Below the pieces are notes generated by a model. That model made no database searches, was not told the DNA's origin, and was given only the letters and a program-made list of their open reading frames with translations. Positions 9,718 through 18,881 of a DNA stretch of 58,924 nt are shown here, in pieces. The stretch's first letter is position 1. Every line of letters begins with the position of its first letter. This stretch comes from an archaeon 13_1_40CM_2_52_13 (lineage in GTDB: Archaea; Thermoproteota; Bathyarchaeia; 40CM-2-53-6). The DNA is taken from contig MNHO01000022.1 in assembly GCA_001919285.1 (NCBI GenBank), positions 14,444 through 73,367 on the forward strand, read 5' to 3'. Position numbers and translations under genes: made by a program.

Positions 9718-10149
9718 CTAGTACATTGGTGATTGTAGTCGGGCTATCTGGGAGGAGACGCGGTCGATGTACTCTTTCAACCTCGACAGCATAGTCTTAG
9801 CAGTGATTACCCCGAGAACCTTATGATCTGAGATAACAAGGACCCGCCGTATTCCCTTCTGAGTCATTATCTGAGCAACCTGATCTATGCCCTCGTTTCC
9901 ATCGACCGAAACTAGGTTGCTCGTCATTATGTCGCCCAGCATGACTCCAGCCGAATCGATCCCCTCCGCCATGATTTTCGCGAGAAAGTCCCATTCTGTC
10001 ACTATGCCCTCCGGGGCGCCACCGCCTGACGCGATTATTACGAAACCGTGGCCCTTCGCCTTCATCTGACGAGCGGCTTCAAATGCGCTCGTGCTTCTCG
10101 AAAGGGAGAGGAAATCCTTCTCGACAATGTCCTTGGCGACTAGGACCAT
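9718..10149 (-). CDS. CBS domain pair protein
   Basis: This is a 143 aa ORF with two CBS-like repeats (GFVIIASGG..GIVTEWDFL and IRRVLVISDHKVLGVITAKTML). Confidence 0.8.
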   Translation of the reverse strand: MVLVAKDIVEKDFLSLSRSTSAFEAARQMKAKGHGFVIIASGGGAPEGIVTEWDFLAKIMAEGIDSAGVMLGDIMTSNLVSVDGNEGIDQVAQIMTQKGIRRVLVISDHKVLGVITAKTMLSRLKEYIDRVSSQIARLQSPMY

Positions 10150-10219
10150 GATTGATGGCCATGCAAATCGGATAGATAATGGTTAACAAGCGCCCATCAG
10201 AAAGCCGCGTTTGTCCCTT

Positions 10220-11665
10220 TCATGCTACTTGTTCACGGACCTCTAGTCTCTGGTCGACAACTGCTCCAACTCCTCGACCTCTGAGGGCAGAGGGAACTAT
10301 TGCCACCAGACTCACGATTGCCATAATCCAGAAGATGGTATGCATTGGCCCGATGAACAGATCCCTACTTGGCGCTCCTGACGGGAGCGACAAGCCGGCA
10401 AAGATGGCCTGCAAGACGTTGATCGGAATGCTCGTCGCCAGGACAGCAAAGGAGATTGAGAGGCTTAGAAGAGCTCCGGTAGTCACAAGGGTAGCAGACA
10501 TTCCGGAAGCCACGCCCCTCCTAGTCACGGGAGCGGAACTCATGATAGAGCTGATGTTGGGTGCCACGAACATTCCCCCTCCAGCTCCTACAAGTACCAT
10601 GAGGAGCGCGAGAACGGTGTAGGAGACGTTTGCTGGGACGAGCGCGAGCCCTATCAAGCCGGCCGTCGAGATTGAGAGGCCGGTTGTCGTGAAGAATCGA
10701 GGTCCATATTTGTCGGAGAGGTAACCGCTTAAGGGTCCTAGGCTGACAAACGCTACCGCGAACGGTATCAAGGCAAGTCCAGCCTTGAAAGCATCGTAGA
10801 TCAGCACTCCTTGGAAGTAGATTGTGAGGACCAGAGAAACGCCGCTTCGGGCTATTGATGCCAGGAAGTTGCTGAGTATGCCTGCGGAGAAAGCGCGGAT
10901 CCTAAACAGTGTCAAATCCATGAGTGGAGTACGAGAGTGCAGTTCCACATACACGAAGCCGCCGACCATAAACAAACCCGCACCTATCGATGCAACATCA
11001 ACCAGTGTATATCCCGACAATGCGCCAAGAGTGAGGCCAACTAGGAAGGCAGTCAGTCCACCCGCAAACAGAACATTGCCCGGGAGATCAATTCTCTCAT
11101 GATGGACCGTACCTAGTTCTCGCAACTTTTTGTAAGCCCAGAAAGTTGCAAAAGCCCCTATCGGAAGGTTGATCCAAAAGATGGACTGCCAGCCGAGCGC
11201 TACGGTTAGAATTCCGCCGAGTATGAGGCCAATGACGGAGCCGCTGATGCCTGCTACGAGGTTGACGCCGATTGCTCGTCCACGTTCGTTGGGGGGAAAG
11301 GCGTCTGTCAGAATTGCAGCATTGTTGGCCCAGATGAGCGCTGCACCTACTCCCTGAACGAGACGAAAGAAGACCAGCATTCCCCCGGTGATCGACAGAC
11401 TGCATAGGCCCGAACCTATGGTGAAAACCGCGAAGCCGAGATTGTAGAGCCTAACTTTGCCGTACATGTCGGCCAACCGGCCGAAGGCCAAGAGCAGAAC
11501 AGCAGTCATCAGAATGTAGCCCATCAGGACCCAGAGAGCTTCGAAGGCCGAAGCGTTCAGGCTCCGGGTGATTGTTGGGAGAGCGATGAGGACGATGTTC
11601 CCGTCCAGCTGGGACATGAAAGCCCCAATCGTCGTGTTGGTCAGAACAGTGTACTTGTACTGCAA
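10220..11665 (-). CDS. MFS transporter, DHA2 (EmrB/QacA-like, 14-TM) type
   Basis: This is a 481 aa ORF. It has LDGNIVLIALPTI near the N-terminus, GRLADMYGKVR (MFS motif A-like), and many TM segments. Confidence 0.85.
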   Translation of the reverse strand: MQYKYTVLTNTTIGAFMSQLDGNIVLIALPTITRSLNASAFEALWVLMGYILMTAVLLLAFGRLADMYGKVRLYNLGFAVFTIGSGLCSLSITGGMLVFFRLVQGVGAALIWANNAAILTDAFPPNERGRAIGVNLVAGISGSVIGLILGGILTVALGWQSIFWINLPIGAFATFWAYKKLRELGTVHHERIDLPGNVLFAGGLTAFLVGLTLGALSGYTLVDVASIGAGLFMVGGFVYVELHSRTPLMDLTLFRIRAFSAGILSNFLASIARSGVSLVLTIYFQGVLIYDAFKAGLALIPFAVAFVSLGPLSGYLSDKYGPRFFTTTGLSISTAGLIGLALVPANVSYTVLALLMVLVGAGGGMFVAPNISSIMSSAPVTRRGVASGMSATLVTTGALLSLSISFAVLATSIPINVLQAIFAGLSLPSGAPSRDLFIGPMHTIFWIMAIVSLVAIVPSALRGRGVGAVVDQRLEVREQVA

Positions 11666-11755
11666 CCAAGAGCCTCGGTTAGATTAAGCCGGCTCGAAGC
11701 CCACTGCTTGTAGACCTTCTCTTCTACACGACTGTAGAGTTCTTGTTTGAAGAGG

Positions 11756-11935
11756 CTAAGATGCTCTCTTGGCTCCGATGTAGTAGTGTTCTTTTGCGAC
11801 TTCTTGGAAGACCACTATCGTCTGATCCCTCGGCGCCTTAGCGATACTCTCGACCGCGTCTGTAATTGCCCGGGCTAAATCATCCTTCTGCTGTTGAGTC
11901 CGCCCACCATACATCAAAACTTTGACTATTGGCAT
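11756..11935 (-). CDS. 4-oxalocrotonate tautomerase family protein
   Basis: This is a 59 aa ORF, below the track cutoff. I translated it by hand as MPIVKVLMYGGRTQQQKDDLARAITDAVESIAKAPRDQTIVVFQEVAKEHYYIGAKRAS. It has the catalytic Pro1 and a typical 4-OT length and pattern. The ATG is at 11933-11935 and the TAG at 11756-11758. Confidence 0.75.
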   Translation of the reverse strand: MPIVKVLMYGGRTQQQKDDLARAITDAVESIAKAPRDQTIVVFQEVAKEHYYIGAKRAS

Positions 11936-12077
11936 AGTTTCCGCTTAGATCGGGTCCCGGAAATGTAGTTGAAGAAAGTTACCTTCACAACACGCGATGG
12001 GGGAAGTGCAGATCATCGAAACTGTCCCGTAGACGATTGAACATGCGCCAAACGTGCAGATGAGAACCAGTCTTCTT

Positions 12078-12392
12078 TCAGTTCAGCTTCTGGACGACCC
12101 GAAATGTCGCGGCTACGGCAACAATCGCGCCGATGACAACGCCATTTAGGTCGTTAAGGAATAGTGCCAGAACGGTCGTCGCCCCTCCCGCAACCAAGTC
12201 TCGAAAGAGTCCCCTGTTTCGCGGAGACTTGTCGATGACGTCGGCGGCTAGAACTAGGAGTAGAGCAAGAAAGTATGCTGGTTGCTGGGAGATTGCTGAG
12301 GTCAGAAGGAAGAATATCGGCCATGCTACGAACTGGCTGACTGGCAGCAGGAACGATCGGATTTCTGTCAGCCGTAAGGACAGGCCGCTCAT
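12078..12392 (-). CDS. small membrane protein
   Basis: This is a 104 aa hydrophobic ORF. Alternative overlapping ORFs exist on both strands. Confidence 0.35.
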   Translation of the reverse strand: MSGLSLRLTEIRSFLLPVSQFVAWPIFFLLTSAISQQPAYFLALLLVLAADVIDKSPRNRGLFRDLVAGGATTVLALFLNDLNGVVIGAIVAVAATFRVVQKLN

Positions 12393-12508
12393 GGATTGAG
12401 GTGGAGGTAGTTGGATAGAAAAAGCGACCCAACTATTTCTACTACTTTTCGGTTTAATTTTTCTTACTGCGTCTCAGTCGAGACATGGTTCTGTCAAACC
12501 CTTCAGCA

Positions 12509-13276
12509 TTATTTTTCTAGGTTCCACGCGGACTTGCCGTACTTGGTGTCATAGAGCTCCTTCGCGGTGGACAGCTCACTCTTCGTCAACGCTCCATCCT
12601 CCAATCGAACATTGTACGAACTCTCGATTCCCTGAACTATCCCGTCTCTTACATCCTTCGTCGTCACATTCTTCCCCAACTCATCACGAACCGTCGTCAC
12701 CCTCTTCTGCACACTAGCAACATGCCTGTCAGCCAGCTTCGCCTGAGGCACGTTCAAGACTCTTCCGAGAATCGCCAAGTCAGAAGCTACAAGAATGCAA
12801 CCGTGATGGAAGACGGCTCCCCATCTGATACTTCCCGCGGCACCAGAGACCTTCTTCCCTTCGACCTGAATATCGTTGATTGGCTGAAACTCGGCTTTTA
12901 CCCCGAGACTCCGCAATCCTTCGACGGCACCTTGCGAGAGTCTTTGAAAGACCCCCTGAAGATCCGTATCCTGGACCAACGGATGCCCTTTCTTCAATGA
13001 GATCGCGTAGTTCAGGTTGCCAGCATCATGATAGACCGCCCCGCCTCCAGTAAAACGCCTAACCACCGTGGTCCCAGTCTCTTTACAGGCGTCAAAGTTG
13101 ACCTCGAGCGGCGCCGACTGGAAGCATCCCAGGACGATCGTGTTTGAGTTATGCCAGAAACGAACAGTGTTTGGAGCCTTACTCTCACCAACCGCACGCG
13201 GAATAGCCTCCTCCACGCTCATGTTCATGAACGGATCGTCTCGGTACTCCACATCGACCAGTCGCCAAGTCTCCAT
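12509..13276 (-). CDS. lplA: lipoate-protein ligase A, catalytic subunit
   Basis: This is a 255 aa ORF. It has VRFW..SNTIVLG, RRFTGGGAVYHDAGNLNY and K(K)VSGAA blocks typical of the LplA/LipB/BirA catalytic module. Confidence 0.85.
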   Translation of the reverse strand: METWRLVDVEYRDDPFMNMSVEEAIPRAVGESKAPNTVRFWHNSNTIVLGCFQSAPLEVNFDACKETGTTVVRRFTGGGAVYHDAGNLNYAISLKKGHPLVQDTDLQGVFQRLSQGAVEGLRSLGVKAEFQPINDIQVEGKKVSGAAGSIRWGAVFHHGCILVASDLAILGRVLNVPQAKLADRHVASVQKRVTTVRDELGKNVTTKDVRDGIVQGIESSYNVRLEDGALTKSELSTAKELYDTKYGKSAWNLEK

Positions 13277-13587
13277 CAGGACCCTGACTCCCCAGGTTTT
13301 GCGGCGAGTATTGCTTTGACAAAATCATCCGGCGCCACTCCTAGGCCCCGTGCACCAGTCCCTCGGAAGAAACGATCCACCAGAAGCTTCAGCTCATTCT
13401 CCCTCAACGGGACATCCTCCAGCATCATCTCTAGCTTCGGGAGACTGTCTTCAGGAATCAGGAAAAAGTCTCCAGAGATTTTCGCAGACTCAATCCGCCC
13501 TTCGGCTTCTCTTAATCGGACCCTCAGAAGCTTTCCGCCTGGAGCCTTGTAATCTGCCGAAAGCAAAGTTGTCCCCACGTTGGTCAT
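13276..13587 (-). CDS. lplB: lipoate-protein ligase accessory (C-terminal domain) subunit, LplB-like
   Basis: The translation from the ATG at 13587 reads MTNVGTTLLSADYKAPGGKLLRVRL...ISGDFFLIPED, which resembles the LplA C-terminal domain. Its TGA overlaps the lplA ATG by 1 nt (TGATG at 13274-13278). Confidence 0.6.
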   Translation of the reverse strand: MTNVGTTLLSADYKAPGGKLLRVRLREAEGRIESAKISGDFFLIPEDSLPKLEMMLEDVPLRENELKLLVDRFFRGTGARGLGVAPDDFVKAILAAKPGESGS

Positions 13588-13625
13588 TGCCCTATTCCTA
13601 CCTTCATTATCTGGACGTAACCACA

Positions 13626-14192
13626 TTAACTACCTGTGAATCGTCTCATTTGCCCTTTCACAATTCTAAGACCAGTCTGAAGATTCTCTTCACCGAAAAG
13701 GCCTGCAATAACCTCACTTCCGTTGCCTGGTGCTCTCGGAAGACCTTCGATAATATCCTTCATCTGAGCGAACAGCCTGTTGTAGTGTTCTAGCTTGTGC
13801 TTTTTCCTATCCGACAGTTGCCAGTAGAATCTGGTACACACGGTCTCCCTGTCTCCTCCGTCCCCGTCGTCGATAACCGCTTGCGCTTCAACCGTGAAAT
13901 CTCTATTCTTCTTTCGAAGACCAAGATAGAGCGCGAAGGCCACATTAGACGGTGGAGAGAATGCGAGGTATCCGCTCTCGTGACGATTGACCTTCCAGCG
14001 AGGATTCGCGGGATGCCCCCCGCTACAGGATGAAAATGTCCGGTATCCCTTCCTGTTTAGTAATGTGACAATCTCTCTAATAGCCGGGTCTATTCGATGG
14101 ATATTTCGTCCGTCCCGAAGGCTCTTCCAGTTCGACCGTTCCAGCTCCCCCAACCTCTTCGAGTGGGCGCGAGGAAGAAAATCGTCACTCAT
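13626..14192 (-). CDS. hypothetical protein
   Basis: This ORF was trimmed to the internal ATG (MSDDFLPRAHS...), which removes the 88 nt overlap with the upstream gene. I recognise no family. It contains an RTFSSCSGGHP motif. Confidence 0.4.
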   Translation of the reverse strand: MSDDFLPRAHSKRLGELERSNWKSLRDGRNIHRIDPAIREIVTLLNRKGYRTFSSCSGGHPANPRWKVNRHESGYLAFSPPSNVAFALYLGLRKKNRDFTVEAQAVIDDGDGGDRETVCTRFYWQLSDRKKHKLEHYNRLFAQMKDIIEGLPRAPGNGSEVIAGLFGEENLQTGLRIVKGQMRRFTGS

Positions 14193-14203
14193 TTTTCTCG
14201 ACT

Positions 14204-14788
14204 CTACAACCGTATCCAGCGGAAGACTGACTCGTCGAAAACATAACTCTCGTTCTGAGCAGCTGAGGTGAATCCTTTGAACTCGTGCCACCTATCAGAC
14301 TTCTTGTCGTAGGCTGCCTCGACCAGTTCCAATGGCTTCTCCATCGACTCGGGACGCAGCATCTGACCCAGAATCCCAGTAAGATGCCCTATCTGGTCCA
14401 TGGCAGAGCTCAACTCTTTCTCTTCAAGAACTCCAGACTTGAAAACGAGTTTGTTCTTCTCTCCTATGAAACTCAAGGTCACCGCTGCGCCGGCTTTTCC
14501 TCTTCGGTATCTGATCTGTCTGAGCAGCTCTTTGAGGTCACGCCAGTTTTCCTGGAGAACATCTGTAAAAACCGTCGTGACGTATGGATGGTGAAACGTT
14601 ATGTTGATTCGAGTGGCCAAATCCTCATCCACGAGTTGAGTATAGGACGGATGTTCGAGCTGGAATCCCTTCCGTAGTATTCGATAGAGGGCCTCGTCCT
14701 CGAACGGCGATAATTCGCCCTCGACCAAGACGTCAGCAAGAGGCTTCACTGGGGCAGTTACAGCCTCGGGAGCAGTCAAGCTAGGCAT
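14204..14788 (-). CDS. hypothetical protein
   Basis: This is a 194 aa ORF with an ATG start and no recognisable family. Confidence 0.45.
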   Translation of the reverse strand: MPSLTAPEAVTAPVKPLADVLVEGELSPFEDEALYRILRKGFQLEHPSYTQLVDEDLATRINITFHHPYVTTVFTDVLQENWRDLKELLRQIRYRRGKAGAAVTLSFIGEKNKLVFKSGVLEEKELSSAMDQIGHLTGILGQMLRPESMEKPLELVEAAYDKKSDRWHEFKGFTSAAQNESYVFDESVFRWIRL

Positions 14789-14815
14789 TAATTGGTTAGA
14801 GTCTGAGATAAGCGC

Positions 14816-15991
14816 ATGGCTCTGCCACTCAAGGGTCTGCGCGTAATAGATCTGACCCAGGATTTCGCGGGTCCCTTCTGCACCATGATACTGTCAGACC
14901 TAGGCGCGGAGGTCATCAAAATCGAGAGGCCTGGGTCCGGCGACGAGACCCGCACCTGGGGACCGCCTTTCGTCAAGACCCTCAGCTATTATTTTCTGAG
15001 CCTCAACCGTGGAAAAAAGAGCGTCACGCTTGACCTAAAGACTTCTGCGGCACAGAAAGTAATCCGGCAACTCGTTCAGGATTCGGATATTCTAGTCGAG
15101 AGTTTCCGTCCCGGCACACTATCCCGGTACCGCCTTGACTATCCGAGACTTCGGAGAGTGAACAAGGCCCTTGTGTACTGTTCTATCTCAGGATTTGGAC
15201 AAACGGGTCCCTACCGCGATCGACCTGGATATGACATCGTGGCGTTTGCGATGAGTGGGATCATGAGCACCACCGGCGAAAAAGGTCGTCCATCGATCAG
15301 AGTTAGCGTTCCCGTTGCAGATATCGCAGCAGGTCACTACGCGTCAACAGCAATTCTCGCCTGTCTCTCCCGTAGGCTGGTGACGGGAAGAGGAGACTAC
15401 ATTGACATTTCACTTTACGACTCGATCGTTTCCTGGCTCAGCTATCTTGCAACCTACTATTTCGCGACAGGAAAAGAACCCGAGAGAATGGGTTCGGCCC
15501 ATCCCAGCATCGTCCCCTACCAAGCTTTCAACTGCAAGGACAGGGAACTGATAATTGCGGTGGGCAATGACCAACAGTTTCAGAGACTCTGTCGCAGCCT
15601 CGGATTAGAGCGCTTGTCGGAAGAGAGGCGGTTCAGCACGAATCCTCAACGAGTGCGAAACAGACAGCAACTTGTCCCAATACTCTCGAGACGCTTGAAG
15701 GGACAGAGCGCAGCATATTGGAACGAACTCCTCAATCAGAATGGAGTCCCCTCAGCACCCGTCTACAAGATCGCCGATGTGAGCAGGGATCCCCAAGTCA
15801 AAGATCGTGGTCTCTTCAAGAAGGCGAGGTCCGGCATCTCGGAGATGACCTCGCCAATCAAGTTCCTCAAACGGGAGAAACGTTTCTCGAGTCCTCCTCC
15901 CACGTTGGGGCAGGACACTGCCCAAGTTCTTCGAGAACTCGGCTACTCTAGACATGCAATAAACAGAATCATAGGAAACAAAGCTGGTTAA
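14816..15991 (+). CDS. family III CoA-transferase (CaiB/BaiF-type)
   Basis: This is a 391 aa ORF. It has LKGLRVIDLTQDFAGPFCTMILSDLGAEVIKIERP at the N-terminus and GYD..AFAMSG and SAHPSIVPYQ blocks. Confidence 0.85.
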   Translation: MALPLKGLRVIDLTQDFAGPFCTMILSDLGAEVIKIERPGSGDETRTWGPPFVKTLSYYFLSLNRGKKSVTLDLKTSAAQKVIRQLVQDSDILVESFRPGTLSRYRLDYPRLRRVNKALVYCSISGFGQTGPYRDRPGYDIVAFAMSGIMSTTGEKGRPSIRVSVPVADIAAGHYASTAILACLSRRLVTGRGDYIDISLYDSIVSWLSYLATYYFATGKEPERMGSAHPSIVPYQAFNCKDRELIIAVGNDQQFQRLCRSLGLERLSEERRFSTNPQRVRNRQQLVPILSRRLKGQSAAYWNELLNQNGVPSAPVYKIADVSRDPQVKDRGLFKKARSGISEMTSPIKFLKREKRFSSPPPTLGQDTAQVLRELGYSRHAINRIIGNKAG

Positions 15992-16006
15992 TTCCGGCTG
16001 TAGTTT

Positions 16007-16777
16007 TCACTGCGCGAACGCTGCCTTAGCAGGTGTCCGAAAGGAAGTCAATTCGACTCCCCTGAGACGATTCCCAATCTTTGCAATGACTCCCGGCGCG
16101 TCCGTGTCGAACTTGCAAACAAGACACTGTACCAATAATGACAGTGTTTCGACTTTGATAACGTCCAATCCGAGATTTGCTGATTGCACTATCTTCTCAG
16201 CATAGTCTCTATCGATGCCAGCAGCGATTACCCGGTCAAAGAGCAACTTCTTCCACCACAGAAACTGGTCTCGGCTCCTGTCAGCCAGTTCGACAGTGAC
16301 GTTCTCTCCCTGAAGCTCGGTAACAATCACATAGACTGGAAAATAGTCGGCAATGCCATTCTCCTGCAGAATCTCTCGAGAGGATTTCGAAGCACCATCC
16401 GATAGTTGAGCCCTCATCCTGTGCAGAGGATAGAGTGCATCTTTACGTGTGGGCTCAAGGATTCCTATGTCGACGTAGACGCCAAAGCCTACTCTTCCCG
16501 ATCCAGTGATGAATCCTTTGCGAACATCCCACCGCTCCACTTTTGAACGGAGCACAGGTGCTTCGCCAAACTTTTCCCTTAGAAGATTGAGAAATGTCTC
16601 AGCATCCTCTCCTCGAGCCTGGACCTGCAACCATTGCTGTGGAGCAGCGATTTCCCAGTCTACCCTTAGACCCTTGGACTCTCTCGAAAGAACATTCCAT
16701 ACTGGCTTGGGCCCTCGGTTCAGAACTGTCTCAGGAATCTTTTCTGCGAGGGTGGCTATCTGCCAACCCTCAGCCAA
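16007..16777 (-). CDS. conserved archaeal protein (DUF2110-like)
   Basis: This is a 256 aa ORF immediately downstream of tfe. The family call is from memory of the gene context and sequence character only. Confidence 0.45.
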   Translation of the reverse strand: MAEGWQIATLAEKIPETVLNRGPKPVWNVLSRESKGLRVDWEIAAPQQWLQVQARGEDAETFLNLLREKFGEAPVLRSKVERWDVRKGFITGSGRVGFGVYVDIGILEPTRKDALYPLHRMRAQLSDGASKSSREILQENGIADYFPVYVIVTELQGENVTVELADRSRDQFLWWKKLLFDRVIAAGIDRDYAEKIVQSANLGLDVIKVETLSLLVQCLVCKFDTDAPGVIAKIGNRLRGVELTSFRTPAKAAFAQ

Positions 16778-16795
16778 GACTATTACTCTCTAGGA

Positions 16796-17332
16796 TCAGA
16801 TTTTTTCGGTGACGAAAGCTGCGGGACGATCTGAGAGCTCCGACTCCAGCTTGCGCGAAAGATCCTCTAACAACTGTATAGTCTTACGATTGTCATCGCT
16901 TACCATCTGTCCATTGCAACCGCTACATCGGAATGCGGACTCCATCGCATCCTCAAACGTGACACGTACGTTCAAACACTCTTTGCACATGAAGAAGCTA
17001 TGGCCCTTCTCAAACTCTAACCGCGTCCGCAACGTCTCGAGAGCTTTCTTCTTCCGACTCCGGACGAACGCGTCCAACTGGTCTGGCTGGAGCTTCCAGT
17101 GATAGATGAACCATCCAGTCTTCTCGTCCCTCGACCGCTGGCACGTCACCAGGGCATGGTCGTAGAGCTTGTAGAGAACCTTTCGAGCCGTGTTCAGCCG
17201 GACGTTAGCCTGGGTCGCGATAACATCATCGGTCGTAGTCCCGGCTTGGGCCAGCGCCTTGACCACGCTGATGGCCTCCTCTCCCCCGAAGAAGCTGGCC
17301 AGGCGAGCAAGATCGTCATGGTGGTTCCCCAT
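16796..17332 (-). CDS. tfe: transcription factor E (TFIIE-alpha homolog)
   Basis: It has an N-terminal wHTH (AISVVKAL...ARKVLYKLYDHALV...WFIYHWKL) plus a zinc ribbon (CKEC...CSGC). The ATG at 17332 is preferred over the upstream GTG at 17356. Confidence 0.8.
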   Translation of the reverse strand: MGNHHDDLARLASFFGGEEAISVVKALAQAGTTTDDVIATQANVRLNTARKVLYKLYDHALVTCQRSRDEKTGWFIYHWKLQPDQLDAFVRSRKKKALETLRTRLEFEKGHSFFMCKECLNVRVTFEDAMESAFRCSGCNGQMVSDDNRKTIQLLEDLSRKLESELSDRPAAFVTEKI

Positions 17333-17433
17333 AATCTCTGATAACCCTCGATACACCCTATAATGCGCATTTCACCATTTAAACTATCGAGTTTATTCTC
17401 TGTCTAGCGAGGGAAATCCCTAATAATCACTTT

Positions 17434-17889
17434 TTATTTGCCAAACCACCCGGGATAGATTTCTCTCCCTGTTGCATACCAGAAGAAACGAGGGGTTTTG
17501 CCTTCTGTGTAAGCGGCACGAACCGCCGGAATGTTCGTTCTCACCGATTCCGCTTCAACGAAGGGGTCTTTTGGAACTGGCTCTAAGCTTCTTGACTTAC
17601 TCTTAGAAGACTTAACATCAATCAGCAATACCCTGTTACCTTTTGCCGCAAACACATCTACCCCTCTAGAACCGAAGGACCTTTTGGCAAACCAGTTCCG
17701 ACTCTGAAGCCAAGAAACAACAAGATACTCACCCCTCCGACCCAGATGCCCGGCTTGTAGCCTTCGAGCTTCCCAATAAGGACAGTCGGAAAATTTTCCC
17801 GATTCACCGTAATCTGTGGAAGCTACGGACTCGTACTTCCTTAGACGATTTGGAGTCGGGCGCGGACCTTTGACATAGCAGTCTTTCAT
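17434..17889 (-). CDS. Hjc-like PD-(D/E)XK nuclease (Holliday junction resolvase-like) with an N-terminal extension
   Basis: GRRGEYLVVSWLQSRNWFAKRS...GVDVFAAKGNRVLLIDVKSSK matches the Hjc pattern (G..E...L...G....R...DiiA......iEvK). Confidence 0.5.
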   Translation of the reverse strand: MKDCYVKGPRPTPNRLRKYESVASTDYGESGKFSDCPYWEARRLQAGHLGRRGEYLVVSWLQSRNWFAKRSFGSRGVDVFAAKGNRVLLIDVKSSKSKSRSLEPVPKDPFVEAESVRTNIPAVRAAYTEGKTPRFFWYATGREIYPGWFGK

Positions 17890-18298
17890 CTTTGGCTTGT
17901 TGCATGATTCGCCGCCGTATAAGGGTCCAAGCCGTTTAATCGGGCAAGACGGTACTTTCGTTTGTCATAGTTGCTAGATACTCTATGCCTTACGAGGAGA
18001 TATGGCCCTCTAAGCGATGTGTGACTCCTTTTGTATCTCTCGTACAGATACCCTCAATTGCCACATTTCGGGCAGATACAGGGGTACTTGTAAAGGAACC
18101 TATCGAGAGTCAGGACCTTATCATCTCGCAAATCCTTGTCGACTGTTGCACTAAGATGAATCGAAGCTCAGAAATCTTATTCTCCGCGATGAACGTCTGG
18201 GAACACTTTTCTCGTGAATGTCTGTCGACGACCTCATTTTTGTCGTCTCAGATGACCTAATCTACACGTATTCTGCAAAACGCTTTCTTGAGGACAGG

Positions 18299-18835
18299 AT
18301 GCCGAAAGTAGTAATTCTCCGGATAGGCCACCGGGTCTTCAGAGACTCACGAGTGACCACCCACGTCTGCCTCACCGCCCGGGCCTTGGGCGCTGATCAG
18401 GTCATCATCGCGGACCATGAGGACAAGGTTGTGGAATCCACAATTCGAGATGTGACAAACAGGTTCGGGGGACCCTTCGATGTCCAGAGCGGAAAACCGT
18501 GGAAACAGGCTATCCGAGATTGGAGAGCCATTGGAGGACGAATCGTCCACCTGACAGCCTATGGACTACCACTACCGAAAACGCTGCCAGAAATCCAAGA
18601 AACAGACAAGGATCTTCTCGTAGTCGTCGGGTCTGAGAAGATGCCGGGAGAGATCTTCAAAGTGGCTGACTGGAATGTATCAGTTACCAATCAGCCCATG
18701 AGCGAAGTCGCTGCATTAGCCATATTCTTAGACTGGTTCAAGCAACACCGAGAATTTGGACACGAGTTTTCGAAAGCTCGAGTCCAGATTGTTCCATCGA
18801 GAAGCGGAAAGGAGATTCAACAGCTCTCCACCTGA
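18299..18835 (+). CDS. trm56: tRNA (cytidine56-2'-O)-methyltransferase
   Basis: From the ATG at 18299 the translation reads MPKVVILRIGHRVFRDSRVTTHVCLTARALGAD..., which is the aTrm56 (SPOUT) N-terminus. VVVGSEKMP is also present. Confidence 0.8.
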   Translation: MPKVVILRIGHRVFRDSRVTTHVCLTARALGADQVIIADHEDKVVESTIRDVTNRFGGPFDVQSGKPWKQAIRDWRAIGGRIVHLTAYGLPLPKTLPEIQETDKDLLVVVGSEKMPGEIFKVADWNVSVTNQPMSEVAALAIFLDWFKQHREFGHEFSKARVQIVPSRSGKEIQQLST

Positions 18836-18881
18836 ATAAGACCGACATCAGATCGCATAGGCGATGACTTGAGGCCAAGAC

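Noticed and set aside
10179-11405. Numerous 60-150 aa ORFs antisense to or out of frame with strong genes. Examples: 10179..10622, 10824..11102 and 11097..11405 within the MFS gene. The same pattern occurs at 1542..2078, 8214..8942, 32505..33278 and 37047..38639.
   Set aside because: These are shadow ORFs inside confidently identified genes. Their Arg/Ser/Pro-rich composition is typical of non-coding frames.
14193-14291. Upstream part of track ORF 13626..14291, which overlaps the 3' end of 14204..14788 by 88 nt.
   Set aside because: The internal ATG at 14192 removes the overlap and leaves an 11 nt spacer. The extension is Cys/Arg-rich and does not look native.
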